Positions 9,443 to 18,667 of a DNA stretch of 64,000 bases are shown piece after piece. Source of the DNA: Candidatus Omnitrophota bacterium (GTDB lineage: Bacteria > Omnitrophota > Gorgyraeia > 2-01-FULL-45-10); NCBI GenBank assembly GCA_026387175.1, contig JAPLME010000007.1, positions 64,487-128,486 on the forward strand, read 5' to 3'. Below the pieces are notes generated by a model. It did no database searches. It had not been told where the DNA came from and saw only the letters and a list, made by a program, of their open reading frames with translations. Numbering within the stretch: the stretch's first letter is position 1; the number at the start of each line of letters is the position of its first letter. The position numbers and the translations under genes are program-made.

Positions 9443-10917
9443 TATTTATCCTTGTCTGCCGGTGGGCAGGTTTTTAGTTCCACGAGCGCTTTTCTGGCTG
9501 CCACACATATTGCGTCGTAACTATTTTTTGCGCCCATGATCATCCCTTCCTTTTCCATGTCTTCGGGAAGAAGCGGCTTTCCGAACCTTACTTTGATCAG
9601 ATGACGCTTAGGATATTTTGCGGTACTGGCCCAAGCCTCGTGAGCTCCATCTATGGCCACAGGAACAAGCCTTGCCCCCGTCTCTTTAGCCAGGACGCCA
9701 AACCCTTTCTTAAATTTTCCTATAACACCGTCGCTCGAGCGCAACCCTTCAGGGAAATAACACAAGCCCTTGCCGTGGTGTAGTACGAAATAACAGCTGC
9801 GCAGAGCCTCTAAAAAATGCGTGGAGAAATCAAAGGGGATTATCCTTCCCATCTTTATCATATTCCTTAGCACACGGTTCTTTAGAAACGGCCTGAAATA
9901 GTACGGACCGAATACGAAATAAAATAGCTGAAAGCCCGGCCTGCGCGGCAGAGAAGCGATAATGGCAGCCCCATCAAGAAAACTCGTGTGGTTGGGATAT
10001 ATAATATAAGCCCCTTCTTCTGGCACGTTTTCCGCTCCTTCCACCTTAATACCGAAGAATAATTTTATATACGTACAGATTATGGCCGTGCAGATAAACC
10101 TGAACAGCCATGCGAAGAAACCGGTGGTTAATTCGAGAACTTCCAGATTTTCTTTTTTTGGCAGCACATGTAAAGTCTCTTTCCAGAAGCCCGGCCCCAG
10201 AGATATCCCTAGATCCTCACGGGGGATATCTTTAGCTCCCCTCAATGCATCCGTTATCCTCAGAATAAGGCCCTTTACGCTAAATGCTCTCGAGATCGCC
10301 TGGTCCTTTATTTCAGCGTTAAAAGCCAACTCAAGCCGCGAAGCAAGCTCTATCCTGCCTAATGAATCTATGCCCAGGTCCAACTCTAAAGAGTCCTCGA
10401 GTATTATCGGCCTTCCAATACCGCTTTGCTCCTTTAAACAGTCCAGGATTTTTTTGCCGGTCGGGGACTCTGTCAACAGAAGGTCCTCTTCCGAAAGTTC
10501 TCCTGATACCGGAAGGGCGCCTTCTATTCCCGCGATCACTCTGGGTTCATATAACTCCTTAACCGCATACCTGACCACTTTACCGAACAGATTATGCGGC
10601 AGATCCTCCAACGTGATGGTAAAGCCTTTTATCCTTTTATAGGACGGTAGCAACTGCGAGGCATTATCGAATCTCTCCTCGATAACGGAGCGCAGATTAA
10701 CCTCCGAAAATTCCCTGAATTTATCAAGATCCGGCTGAATGACGGCCCAGAGAACCTTCGATCTCTTTTCGCCTTTCATCCCGGAGACCGTAAAGATGCA
10801 CATCTCTTTTATGGGAGCAACCTTTGTATAAGCCTCCTCGATCTCTTCCGGATAAATTATATTTCCAGAATTCATCATAATGAACTCCCTGAATTTATCC
10901 GCGAAAGTCTCCGTCAT
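9442..10917 (-). CDS. Truncated paralogue: adenylation C-terminal subdomain + acyl carrier + acyltransferase
   Basis: Begins at the equivalent of the ligase hinge (SGNIIYPEEIE versus SGKKIFPEEIE in 4638-7361). Retains LGIDSL, NHTSFLD and FPEG but lacks the large AMP-binding core. Confidence 0.85.
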   Translation of the reverse strand: MTETFADKFREFIMMNSGNIIYPEEIEEAYTKVAPIKEMCIFTVSGMKGEKRSKVLWAVIQPDLDKFREFSEVNLRSVIEERFDNASQLLPSYKRIKGFTITLEDLPHNLFGKVVRYAVKELYEPRVIAGIEGALPVSGELSEEDLLLTESPTGKKILDCLKEQSGIGRPIILEDSLELDLGIDSLGRIELASRLELAFNAEIKDQAISRAFSVKGLILRITDALRGAKDIPREDLGISLGPGFWKETLHVLPKKENLEVLELTTGFFAWLFRFICTAIICTYIKLFFGIKVEGAENVPEEGAYIIYPNHTSFLDGAAIIASLPRRPGFQLFYFVFGPYYFRPFLKNRVLRNMIKMGRIIPFDFSTHFLEALRSCYFVLHHGKGLCYFPEGLRSSDGVIGKFKKGFGVLAKETGARLVPVAIDGAHEAWASTAKYPKRHLIKVRFGKPLLPEDMEKEGMIMGAKNSYDAICVAARKALVELKTCPPADKDK

Positions 10918-13589
10918 TTATCCGTCCCATATTTTAATTCGATAGAATTCGTGCCGGGCGAAATTCTCACGTTGGCAATACCTGGTAATCGAATATCGAT
11001 CGGCGGCTCTTTTGCGCGCCATTGCCCCTGCCATTCGATAAGGATATTTTGCCCTTGGGGTTTTATGTAAATTTGAATATCCCCGAAACTTGTCGGAGCG
11101 GGCCCAAACGCGAGCGGCTGGTCTTTCTCCAGCCAGATCCGCGGTATGCCGGAACATAATATTAATCTATCGTTTTCTTCGCGCACAAAACAATTTCTTA
11201 TCATCAAGACCCATTCCGCTGCGGCCCATACGTGCTGCCCATCTCCCATACATCCGCCGCCTGTGCGAGGATGTACCGACTCGGGCCATTGACCCGTAGG
11301 TGAAGCCAGGTTAGCCACCGCGGTCATTAGACCGAAATATCTGGGGTCCCCCGCGCGCAAAAGCGCTTGAGCTAAATGCAGCGTAAGATAAGGGTTGATC
11401 CCTGAATGGGTCATGTCATGAAAAAATCCGCCATGGACCAAACAATTTTTCATCAAATATTCGGCAGTGTCTAAGATCTTCGGATCGTTCTGTTCAAAAA
11501 TACGAAGCGGATAGCTGGCAGCCAAAGAACCGATCGCTCCCGCGTCCAGGCGGCGATAGGGAGAGGCCGGTATCGCGGGTCTTTTTAGACGTTCACACGC
11601 TTTCTTTAAACTTTGATTGATGCTCTTCAGAAATGCGTGCGATTCTTTTTCAAAGTAGCCGGCCTCGGCTTTATCCTTGTAAGCAGCACATAAAAAGGCC
11701 GCTGCTTTTAATCCGGCAACACCCCAAAAGTCATCCCAATAATAAAAATCATTCGGCCCCAAATGCTCTGCGCTAAATCCTGATGGTAATAGACCTGCGT
11801 GAGGAGACTGCGCATCATCAGACAAACGTTTCTTATAAATCCACTTACCCGCTTTATCGATCGAGTCTTTCCATTCTTTCGGCGGCACGTTTCCCGTCAT
11901 CTCGCAATATTGACGCATGATCCACAGGGCCTCACCGTTAGAATCCCATTCCCCTTCCTGGGAGAGGAAATAACCCTCGGCTGTCTGACGGGAGCGGAAA
12001 CAATCCAGCGCCCGGCGGACGCGTTCCTTTAACCCGACACTTAATAAACCGTATAAAATAAAAGCGGCGTCGCGAAACCAAAACCGCCGGTAAATATAAG
12101 GCCCGGGATAAACTTCCTTGGGAGAGTGTAGAATCATGGTATGGACAGCGGCATCGTAAAGGAACTGGAAATGTTCATCGGGAATTTGCATTGAACACGC
12201 GCCGTGAAGGCTCTTCTTCCACGCCAGCTTGGCATTTTCCTGATAGTCCCAATGGGACTCTTTTTCAATTTTATTTTTCGTTAAAGGCACCGAAACGGTA
12301 ATTTCCCGCGGTTGCCCCTCTTCTATTATATATAACGCCGCGGAGCTGGCCATGCCGACTTTACATGTAACTTCTTTTTCATCTTCTTTTGATGACAAGC
12401 GGCCATAAACATCGCCTCGATGATAATCCGAAAATACGCATTGGTCCGGAGGTTTATCAAAATAGACAAAATTTTCCCGATTCACCTGCCAACCCGACGA
12501 ATCTTCAAGGAGAGCGATACTATTTATTAAGCTTACGCCTTCGGGGTTATATGGCCTGAGAGAAACGACTAAGTGCGCCTTTACGGAAGCGGATCCTGTG
12601 ATCTTGACCTGGCAAATAGGCGCTTCGGCTGAACCGATAACCTGCGCTTTCAATCGAAGCTTTAATTGACCAAGGTTTGATTCTGTGATCACACAAAGAT
12701 TATCATCCATAACCATCTTTTGGGATATGCTTGGGATACGCGATGGGACCAGTGGCTCTCCCTCTTCTGGAATGATCCAGACATCAATAGACCAGCTATC
12801 GTAAAATGGAGTAAAAAGACCGCGAGGATCCACCAGAGGAAACTCGGTGCTGTCCGGAACGCCCAGAGCTGTCCAATTTCTATGTGTAAGATTAATCTGG
12901 GTTAACGAAAAAGACCGCGGAATAAACGCCTCGTTCTCGGGATCATATTGACATTCCACCCAATAAGGCCAGACCCAATCGAGGTTATGCTGAATAGCTA
13001 AACTATTTATCAGGCCGCGAGCGTGTAAGACAGCGCCTGAGCGCAACAGTTCCAATGGAGCTGCCACCTCTGAGGGTTGCGCAAATTTCTCTAATTGAGA
13101 AAGGACTTTGATGGGGTCTAAAAATCCCTGCCTTCGCGCGGCATCTGTCACTAAAAATTTCCATGGGAGCCACTTCCACCACATGAAATATACCTTTTCC
13201 TTCAAAATGATCCTGAAGACCCACCATTTAAAGCAGATAAAGGCAAATAGGCTCGTGAATATAGTGGCAATGATCAGTGCCGGATAAATGGCGCCGTGCC
13301 ACATATTAAGAATACTTTGATTTATTATCACATTGATCCCTAGTGCTAAGAAATTGATCAGCGCATACCGGCCAAATTCTAAATATGAAGGCTGGCTGTG
13401 TTTAAATGTCCAATACTTGTAAAGCAGGTATCCGAGGCTGCCGGCGCATGTAAAAGATATCGCCTTGGCTAGGCTGAAAGGCAGAAAATGGAACAGGATA
13501 TAATAAACACTGAAGTCTGTAGCATTGACTATAGTCCCTGCAATAAATGCCTTGATGACCTCTTTTCTGGAATCATTATCGATCTTCAA
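10914..13589 (-). CDS. GtrA-like membrane domain fused to a six-hairpin glycosidase-like (GH15-like) domain
   Basis: The first ~135 aa hold four hydrophobic segments with a KYWTF...KWWVF pattern typical of GtrA. The rest has WFRDAAF, EWDSNG and Trp/Asp-rich (alpha/alpha)6-barrel-like motifs. TTG start; possible second start at 13184. Confidence 0.68.
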   Translation of the reverse strand: MKIDNDSRKEVIKAFIAGTIVNATDFSVYYILFHFLPFSLAKAISFTCAGSLGYLLYKYWTFKHSQPSYLEFGRYALINFLALGINVIINQSILNMWHGAIYPALIIATIFTSLFAFICFKWWVFRIILKEKVYFMWWKWLPWKFLVTDAARRQGFLDPIKVLSQLEKFAQPSEVAAPLELLRSGAVLHARGLINSLAIQHNLDWVWPYWVECQYDPENEAFIPRSFSLTQINLTHRNWTALGVPDSTEFPLVDPRGLFTPFYDSWSIDVWIIPEEGEPLVPSRIPSISQKMVMDDNLCVITESNLGQLKLRLKAQVIGSAEAPICQVKITGSASVKAHLVVSLRPYNPEGVSLINSIALLEDSSGWQVNRENFVYFDKPPDQCVFSDYHRGDVYGRLSSKEDEKEVTCKVGMASSAALYIIEEGQPREITVSVPLTKNKIEKESHWDYQENAKLAWKKSLHGACSMQIPDEHFQFLYDAAVHTMILHSPKEVYPGPYIYRRFWFRDAAFILYGLLSVGLKERVRRALDCFRSRQTAEGYFLSQEGEWDSNGEALWIMRQYCEMTGNVPPKEWKDSIDKAGKWIYKKRLSDDAQSPHAGLLPSGFSAEHLGPNDFYYWDDFWGVAGLKAAAFLCAAYKDKAEAGYFEKESHAFLKSINQSLKKACERLKRPAIPASPYRRLDAGAIGSLAASYPLRIFEQNDPKILDTAEYLMKNCLVHGGFFHDMTHSGINPYLTLHLAQALLRAGDPRYFGLMTAVANLASPTGQWPESVHPRTGGGCMGDGQHVWAAAEWVLMIRNCFVREENDRLILCSGIPRIWLEKDQPLAFGPAPTSFGDIQIYIKPQGQNILIEWQGQWRAKEPPIDIRLPGIANVRISPGTNSIELKYGTDK

Positions 13590-13606
13590 TAGATTTTCCT
13601 TTGCCG

Positions 13607-14908
13607 CTAAATACGCAGCTTACCCGACCTGATGATCTCCTCGAATCTTCTTGCCGATTCCCGGATCTTTCTGCTTTGCGTCATATAGTCCACTTCTATT
13701 AACCCGAACCGCGGAGCAAAACCATCCGCCCACTCATAATTATCCAGGAGCGACCAATAGAGATAGCCGATCACGGGGGCCCCTTCCTTAATCGCCATAG
13801 CCGTGGCTTTAAGATGCTCTACGATGAACTCCGAACGCTCGGCATCATCATTTGTGCAAATACCGTTTTCTGAAATTAGAATAGGTAGTTTGTACTTTGA
13901 AAATATTTTTATGAGCATATGCAACCCTTTCGGATAAATTTCCCAACCGAGAAAATTTTTCCTATTGCCGGGGCTATCTAAAACACGCTCATCACCTGAG
14001 ATAGCAGATGATAGAAACCCGCGATTGCGTACATGTTCCCGCATGTAGTAATTTAAACCGATAAAATCCAGGGTTCTCGCCGTGGAGAGCCGTATACTGA
14101 GTATCCCGGAGACCTTTGCTTTTCCAAGGATTAAGGCCTTAATAAATAGATGATTAACCACGCGATTTCTCAAGCCGGCTGAAAGCCGATCCCACAAAGA
14201 ACGATCCGAGGAAGGCGCGAATATGAGCACTTGCTGAGCTATTCCGATCATAGGCCTCTTCCAACCTTTTTGAGCGTAAACTTCTTTGATCTTTCCATGA
14301 GCCAGGACATGGGCTTTGGCTAAATTTTGTACAACTTTAAATGCTTTTTTTATTGATTTCTCTCCCGGCGGCCACTGCCCGGTAACATAGCTCTTATACG
14401 CGTAAACCGTCGGTTCATTTAACGTAATCCAATACTGAACATCATTTCCCAGGTATTCCGTCGCTTTCTGGACATATTTGGCAAAAAGTTCCGGGCTTTT
14501 ATCCGAAAGCCATCCCTCCCGGCTCGCCATCCATAAAGGGATAGTAAAATGATTCAATGTTACAATGGGCTCTATTCCCTTGGATTTCAGCGAAAGGATC
14601 ATCTTGCGATAATGATCAAGGGCTGAGTTGTCAAATTGGCCGGGCGAAGGTTCGATACGGCTCCATTCAAGGGAAAAACGATAGGCCGTAAGCCCTAAAG
14701 TCTGAGCGAGCTTAAAATCCTCTTCAAAACGATTCCAGTGATCACAAGCCTGGCCGGAACGCATTTCCGGGGGGATATGTTGCTCCCACTGCCACCAATC
14801 GTTATTGGTATTGTTGCCTTCGACCTGATGAGAAGATGTGCCTGCTCCCCACAAAAAATATTTGGGAAATACAAATTCCTGCGGAGTTGTTTCCATATTT
14901 AAGCCCAT
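13607..14908 (-). CDS. Glycoside hydrolase family 1 (beta-glucosidase-like)
   Basis: FLWGAGTSSHQVEG, YRFSLEWSRIEP, acid/base TLNEP, nucleophile ISENG and WSLLDNYEW motifs. Confidence 0.95.
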   Translation of the reverse strand: MGLNMETTPQEFVFPKYFLWGAGTSSHQVEGNNTNNDWWQWEQHIPPEMRSGQACDHWNRFEEDFKLAQTLGLTAYRFSLEWSRIEPSPGQFDNSALDHYRKMILSLKSKGIEPIVTLNHFTIPLWMASREGWLSDKSPELFAKYVQKATEYLGNDVQYWITLNEPTVYAYKSYVTGQWPPGEKSIKKAFKVVQNLAKAHVLAHGKIKEVYAQKGWKRPMIGIAQQVLIFAPSSDRSLWDRLSAGLRNRVVNHLFIKALILGKAKVSGILSIRLSTARTLDFIGLNYYMREHVRNRGFLSSAISGDERVLDSPGNRKNFLGWEIYPKGLHMLIKIFSKYKLPILISENGICTNDDAERSEFIVEHLKATAMAIKEGAPVIGYLYWSLLDNYEWADGFAPRFGLIEVDYMTQSRKIRESARRFEEIIRSGKLRI

Positions 14909-14911
14909 ATT

Positions 14912-15184
14912 TTAATTTACCGCTGTTTCCCTTACAATGAAACGCGTCACACCCACTAGAACCACCGCACCGACAAGCGCCAGTAGTAATGTGGCGACCA
15001 AACTATTGGTAGATAGCCCGGTCCTCCCAACCAACCATCCACCAAGCATAGCTCCAACAATCCCGGTCAAGATGTCCCCAGTGATCCCGAATCCCCGGCC
15101 TCTATTGAGAATCCCTGCCAACCATCCGATCATCCCGCCGATAAAGAGAAGCCACACCAAATACCTGATAGCGTCATGTTCCAT
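14912..15184 (-). CDS. GlsB/YeaQ/YmgE (transglycosylase-associated) small membrane protein
   Basis: IGGMIGWLAG...GDILTGIVGAMLGGWL...ALVGAVVL pattern; AGGAG RBS. Confidence 0.88.
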   Translation of the reverse strand: MEHDAIRYLVWLLFIGGMIGWLAGILNRGRGFGITGDILTGIVGAMLGGWLVGRTGLSTNSLVATLLLALVGAVVLVGVTRFIVRETAVN

Positions 15185-15202
15185 GTCTCTTCTCCTTTTT
15201 AT

Positions 15203-15580
15203 TTATGCTTTTTTGTTATTTTCAATCGCAATTTTAATAAGATCCACTAACGCCTGGTCGTTAAAAGGTTTTTGTAAAAAACCCGCCGCGCCCGCTTTTA
15301 AAACCTTCTCCTTCATGCCGCCATTTCTGTCCGCCGAAATAATAATGACCGGGCGATCGGATCCTGATGCAAGAAGATGCTTTAACGCCTCCCATCCGTC
15401 CATTCCCGGCATATGGATGTCCAGAATTAAACAACCGGTAACACTATTGGGCACAGTGCTAAAAAATTCTATTGCGGAAGTAAAAGCATCAACATTAAAC
15501 CCGTATGTGCCCAGCAGGATGCTCAGCGCGCGGCAGACTGATTCGTCGTCGTCCACAATGTAAATTTGTTTCTTGTTCAT
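15203..15580 (-). CDS. Single-domain response regulator receiver (FixJ-like receiver)
   Basis: IYIVDDD, CLILDIHMPGMDG and LQKPF motifs. Confidence 0.92.
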   Translation of the reverse strand: MNKKQIYIVDDDESVCRALSILLGTYGFNVDAFTSAIEFFSTVPNSVTGCLILDIHMPGMDGWEALKHLLASGSDRPVIIISADRNGGMKEKVLKAGAAGFLQKPFNDQALVDLIKIAIENNKKA

Positions 15581-15586
15581 GTTTGG

Positions 15587-15631
15587 ATTGTAGAGGAAAA
15601 TCGAAAAGCGGTCAATTATACTTGGGTATAA
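15587..15631 (-). promoter_or_regulatory. Sigma70-type promoter with adjacent palindromic operator (probably leaderless transcript)
   Basis: Minus strand reads TTATAC-CCAA-GTATAA, then TTGACC (15610-15615), a 17-bp spacer and TACAAT (15587-15592), 6 nt before the ATG. Confidence 0.72.
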
Positions 15632-15656
15632 CAGCCTTTTAGGAATCGAAGATTGG

Positions 15657-16283
15657 TTACGTTTTAGAGGAGGTGACGCCTGCTTTTTGGGCTAAGCGGA
15701 TGAGCTCTGTTACGGTCTTAGCCTGCATCTTCTGCATGACACGGCCGCGGTGAACCTTGATCGTTTGAAGGGCGGTCCCCCGCTTGAAGGCAATCTGTTT
15801 ACTCAGCATCCCCCTGGCTACGAGCCGGAAGACTTCCAGTTCCCGCGGAGACAGGGTCCTGACGCGGCGTTTGATCTTTGCTATTTCGGCCTGTTCTTTA
15901 TTTTGAGCTGCGCTTTTTGAGATGGCAAGTGTGATGGCATCAAGCAACTTCTTCTTAGTAAAGGGTTTAGGAAGAAAATCAATAGCGCCTGCCTTCATAG
16001 TTTTTACGCTCATTGGAATATCGCCGTGTCCGGTGATAAAGATGATGGGAATGGCGATGCCCCGCTGTGTCATCATCTCCTGAAGGTTGAGCCCGTTGAT
16101 ACCCGGTAACTGGACATCTAGGACCAGGCATGACGGCAGCTTCGGATGCTTATACGCCAGGAAGGAGTCTGCGCGCGTGAACGCTTCAACTTTAAATCCG
16201 TGCGATCTTAGCAATAAGGAGAGAGCCCTGCACACAGAGAGATCGTCATCAACTATATAAATGATAGGCCCGCGGTTGTCCAT
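15657..16283 (-). CDS. FixJ/TodT-like response regulator (receiver + LuxR HTH)
   Basis: IVDDD, LDVQLPG, ITGHGDIPMSV and LSPRELEV...TIKVHRGRVMQKMQA motifs. Confidence 0.93.
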   Translation of the reverse strand: MDNRGPIIYIVDDDLSVCRALSLLLRSHGFKVEAFTRADSFLAYKHPKLPSCLVLDVQLPGINGLNLQEMMTQRGIAIPIIFITGHGDIPMSVKTMKAGAIDFLPKPFTKKKLLDAITLAISKSAAQNKEQAEIAKIKRRVRTLSPRELEVFRLVARGMLSKQIAFKRGTALQTIKVHRGRVMQKMQAKTVTELIRLAQKAGVTSSKT

Positions 16284-17228
16284 TTAAGCGTCCTTTGCGC
16301 CGATAGGGATGGTGAAATAAAAGGTAGCGCCGCGATCAGGATTATTCTTTACGTCCAGCCGGCCGCCATGAGCCTCAATGATGGAGCGGCTGATAGACAG
16401 TCCCATACCCAAGCCATCCGGCTTGCTCGTAAAAAATCGGGTGAAGAGCTTAGATATATTTTGTGCGGGGATTCCGCATCCGGAATCCTTTACCTCCACG
16501 ATAATCATGCCGGGATCTTTACGCGACGCACGAATCGATATTTCACGCTTACCTCGGCTGCTTTCAATGGCATCGAAACTGTTGCTTATGAGATTCAGGA
16601 GGACCTGTTGCAGCTGTACCCGGTCGCCAAGAACAAGCGGAAGATCGCCCTCCAACTCAATTTTTAATAAAATGTTCCTTACGGTAGCATCGGTTGCAAG
16701 AAGCGCGACGGTCTCGTCAACGAGGAAATTAATATCCAGAGGTTTCATTTCGGGCGCGGTCTTCTCTAACAGCGCACGTAATCTATGGATAACAGCCGTC
16801 GCCCGCTGGCTATCATTAATGATGTACTGAAGAGTCTCCTGTATCTTAGGCTCCCTGCCGGAGAGTATACGTTGGGCAGCTTGAGCGTACGAAAGAATAG
16901 CCGTAAGAGGCTGACTGATCTCGTGGGCCAAGGACGAGACAAACTCCGCAAGCTTTCCCACTCTGGTAACATGCAAAAGCTCCTCGCGCTGTTTAATGAT
17001 CTCCAGATCCTTTTTCCGTATTAAGTTAGCGTCTGTGTGGATCCGCTTTTCCGACTTTATCCGTTCCTTTGTTCCATTCCTCAGCTGTCCATTTTTAATC
17101 TTGATCTTATCGGCTTGCCGTAGGACCAACCCCTTAAGACGCACACGCTCTCCGCTTCGGGTTCTATTTTCCGACAATGGTCTTTTCTGCGGTTTTCGCT
17201 CGAGCTCAGGTTGTTTTTTATTCATCAT
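16284..17228 (-). CDS. FixL-type histidine kinase core with no recognisable sensor domain
   Basis: LAHEISQPL, QVLLNLISN, DSGCG and GLGMGLSISRSI motifs; the N-terminal ~85 aa are basic and helical. Confidence 0.85.
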   Translation of the reverse strand: MMNKKQPELERKPQKRPLSENRTRSGERVRLKGLVLRQADKIKIKNGQLRNGTKERIKSEKRIHTDANLIRKKDLEIIKQREELLHVTRVGKLAEFVSSLAHEISQPLTAILSYAQAAQRILSGREPKIQETLQYIINDSQRATAVIHRLRALLEKTAPEMKPLDINFLVDETVALLATDATVRNILLKIELEGDLPLVLGDRVQLQQVLLNLISNSFDAIESSRGKREISIRASRKDPGMIIVEVKDSGCGIPAQNISKLFTRFFTSKPDGLGMGLSISRSIIEAHGGRLDVKNNPDRGATFYFTIPIGAKDA

Positions 17229-18663
17229 TTTTATTTATGGTTGTTTGCTTATACAGGTATTTAATTATAGCCCGGGAAGCTTTTTTTGCCATGCCCATGG
17301 CCTCGATGACCGTGCCTTCGCCGCCGACGATATCGCCTCCGGCATATACTTTTTTTATTGAGGTCCCCATAGTTTCTTTATCCACTATCACATCCGAGTA
17401 TTTATCTATGGCGAGCGCGGGCGTTGCGCGCGTCAGCACCTGGTTCGCCATCAGGCCTATAGCGATGACGGCCATGTCGCAATTTATCTCATAATCGCTG
17501 CCGGGGATAGCGATGGGCCTTCTTCTGCCGGAGCTATCCGGCTCACCCAGTTTGCATTTCAGACAGCGCAGTTTTCTCACAAAGCTTTTATCGTCGCCGG
17601 TAAATTCTTCGGGCGAGGACAGGAACCCGAATTTTACGCCTTCCTCTTTAGCGTGTTCTATCTCGATCCTTCTTGCCGGCATCTCGGCTTCTGTGCGCCG
17701 GTATAGTATGGTGGTATCGCCCGTCATGCCCATTATCTTCTGCATCCTGAGAGCTGCCCTTGCAGCGTCCATAGCGGTATTTCCGCCGCCGATCACCACG
17801 ACAGATTTGCCTATATTTACCGGAGTGTGAAACTCGGGAAATTTAAATGCCGACATAAGATTGATTCTAGTCAGGAATTCATTGGCCGAATAGACGTTGC
17901 AGAGATTTTCTCCCTTTATTCCTAGGAAAGTCGGGACCCCGGCGCCGAGGCCGAGAAATACGGCATCGTAGCCTTCCGTCAAAAGCTCGTCCAACCCTTT
18001 GGCTTTGCCTATGATGTAATTCGGCACGATCTCGACCCCCAGCTTCTTAAGGGAGTCCAGCTCGAAATCGAGAATATCGCGCGGCAGCCTGAACGGCGGT
18101 ATGCCATAGCGCAAAACCCCGCCGGATACGTGGAGCGCCTCGAAGACAGTTACCTTTATACCCTCCCTCGCAAGCTCGCCTGCGCAAGCTACGCCCGCGG
18201 GGCCGGAACCGACGATCGCTACCTTATATCTTGATAATTCTCCACCCTTTTTAAGCCCAACCTCGAGGTCATTCTCCTTACCGTAATCACCGGCGAACCG
18301 CTCCAGCAGATGTATGTTGATCGCCTGTTCCGAAGCAAATGAAGATCCCTTTTTAGTGAAGACGCAAGTCTTCTCGCACTGATATTCCGCGGGACAAACC
18401 CTGCCGCAGATCGACGGGAAATCGTTCTTCTCCCGTATCGTGAAATAGGCGCCCGTATAGTCTTTTTGTGTTATCTGGTATATGAATTTCTTTATATCAA
18501 TATTGACCGGGCATCCCTCGATACAGGTGGGATTTTTACATTGGATGCACCTGGCGGCTTCTTCGAGAGCTTCTTTTTCGGTATAACCCAATACGACTTC
18601 GTCGAAAGAGACGGATCTCTCATTGGCTTTACGCTCGCGGACCTTTACGGGATCTTTCTTCAT
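17218..18663 (-). CDS. nfnB: NfnB/SudA-type NADPH-dependent oxidoreductase large subunit (GltD-like)
   Basis: RCIQCKNPTCIEGCPV, CGRVCP, GSGPAG, GGGNTAMD and YRR motifs; adjacent to an NfnA-like gene. Start moved to ATG 18663. Confidence 0.85.
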   Translation of the reverse strand: MKKDPVKVRERKANERSVSFDEVVLGYTEKEALEEAARCIQCKNPTCIEGCPVNIDIKKFIYQITQKDYTGAYFTIREKNDFPSICGRVCPAEYQCEKTCVFTKKGSSFASEQAINIHLLERFAGDYGKENDLEVGLKKGGELSRYKVAIVGSGPAGVACAGELAREGIKVTVFEALHVSGGVLRYGIPPFRLPRDILDFELDSLKKLGVEIVPNYIIGKAKGLDELLTEGYDAVFLGLGAGVPTFLGIKGENLCNVYSANEFLTRINLMSAFKFPEFHTPVNIGKSVVVIGGGNTAMDAARAALRMQKIMGMTGDTTILYRRTEAEMPARRIEIEHAKEEGVKFGFLSSPEEFTGDDKSFVRKLRCLKCKLGEPDSSGRRRPIAIPGSDYEINCDMAVIAIGLMANQVLTRATPALAIDKYSDVIVDKETMGTSIKKVYAGGDIVGGEGTVIEAMGMAKKASRAIIKYLYKQTTINKNDE

Positions 18664-18667
18664 AGGA

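Noticed and set aside
1-17228. Calling the left block a mobile element or prophage
   Set aside because: No integrase, transposase, tRNA or direct-repeat boundary is visible in the window; its accessory nature is inferred from gene content only.
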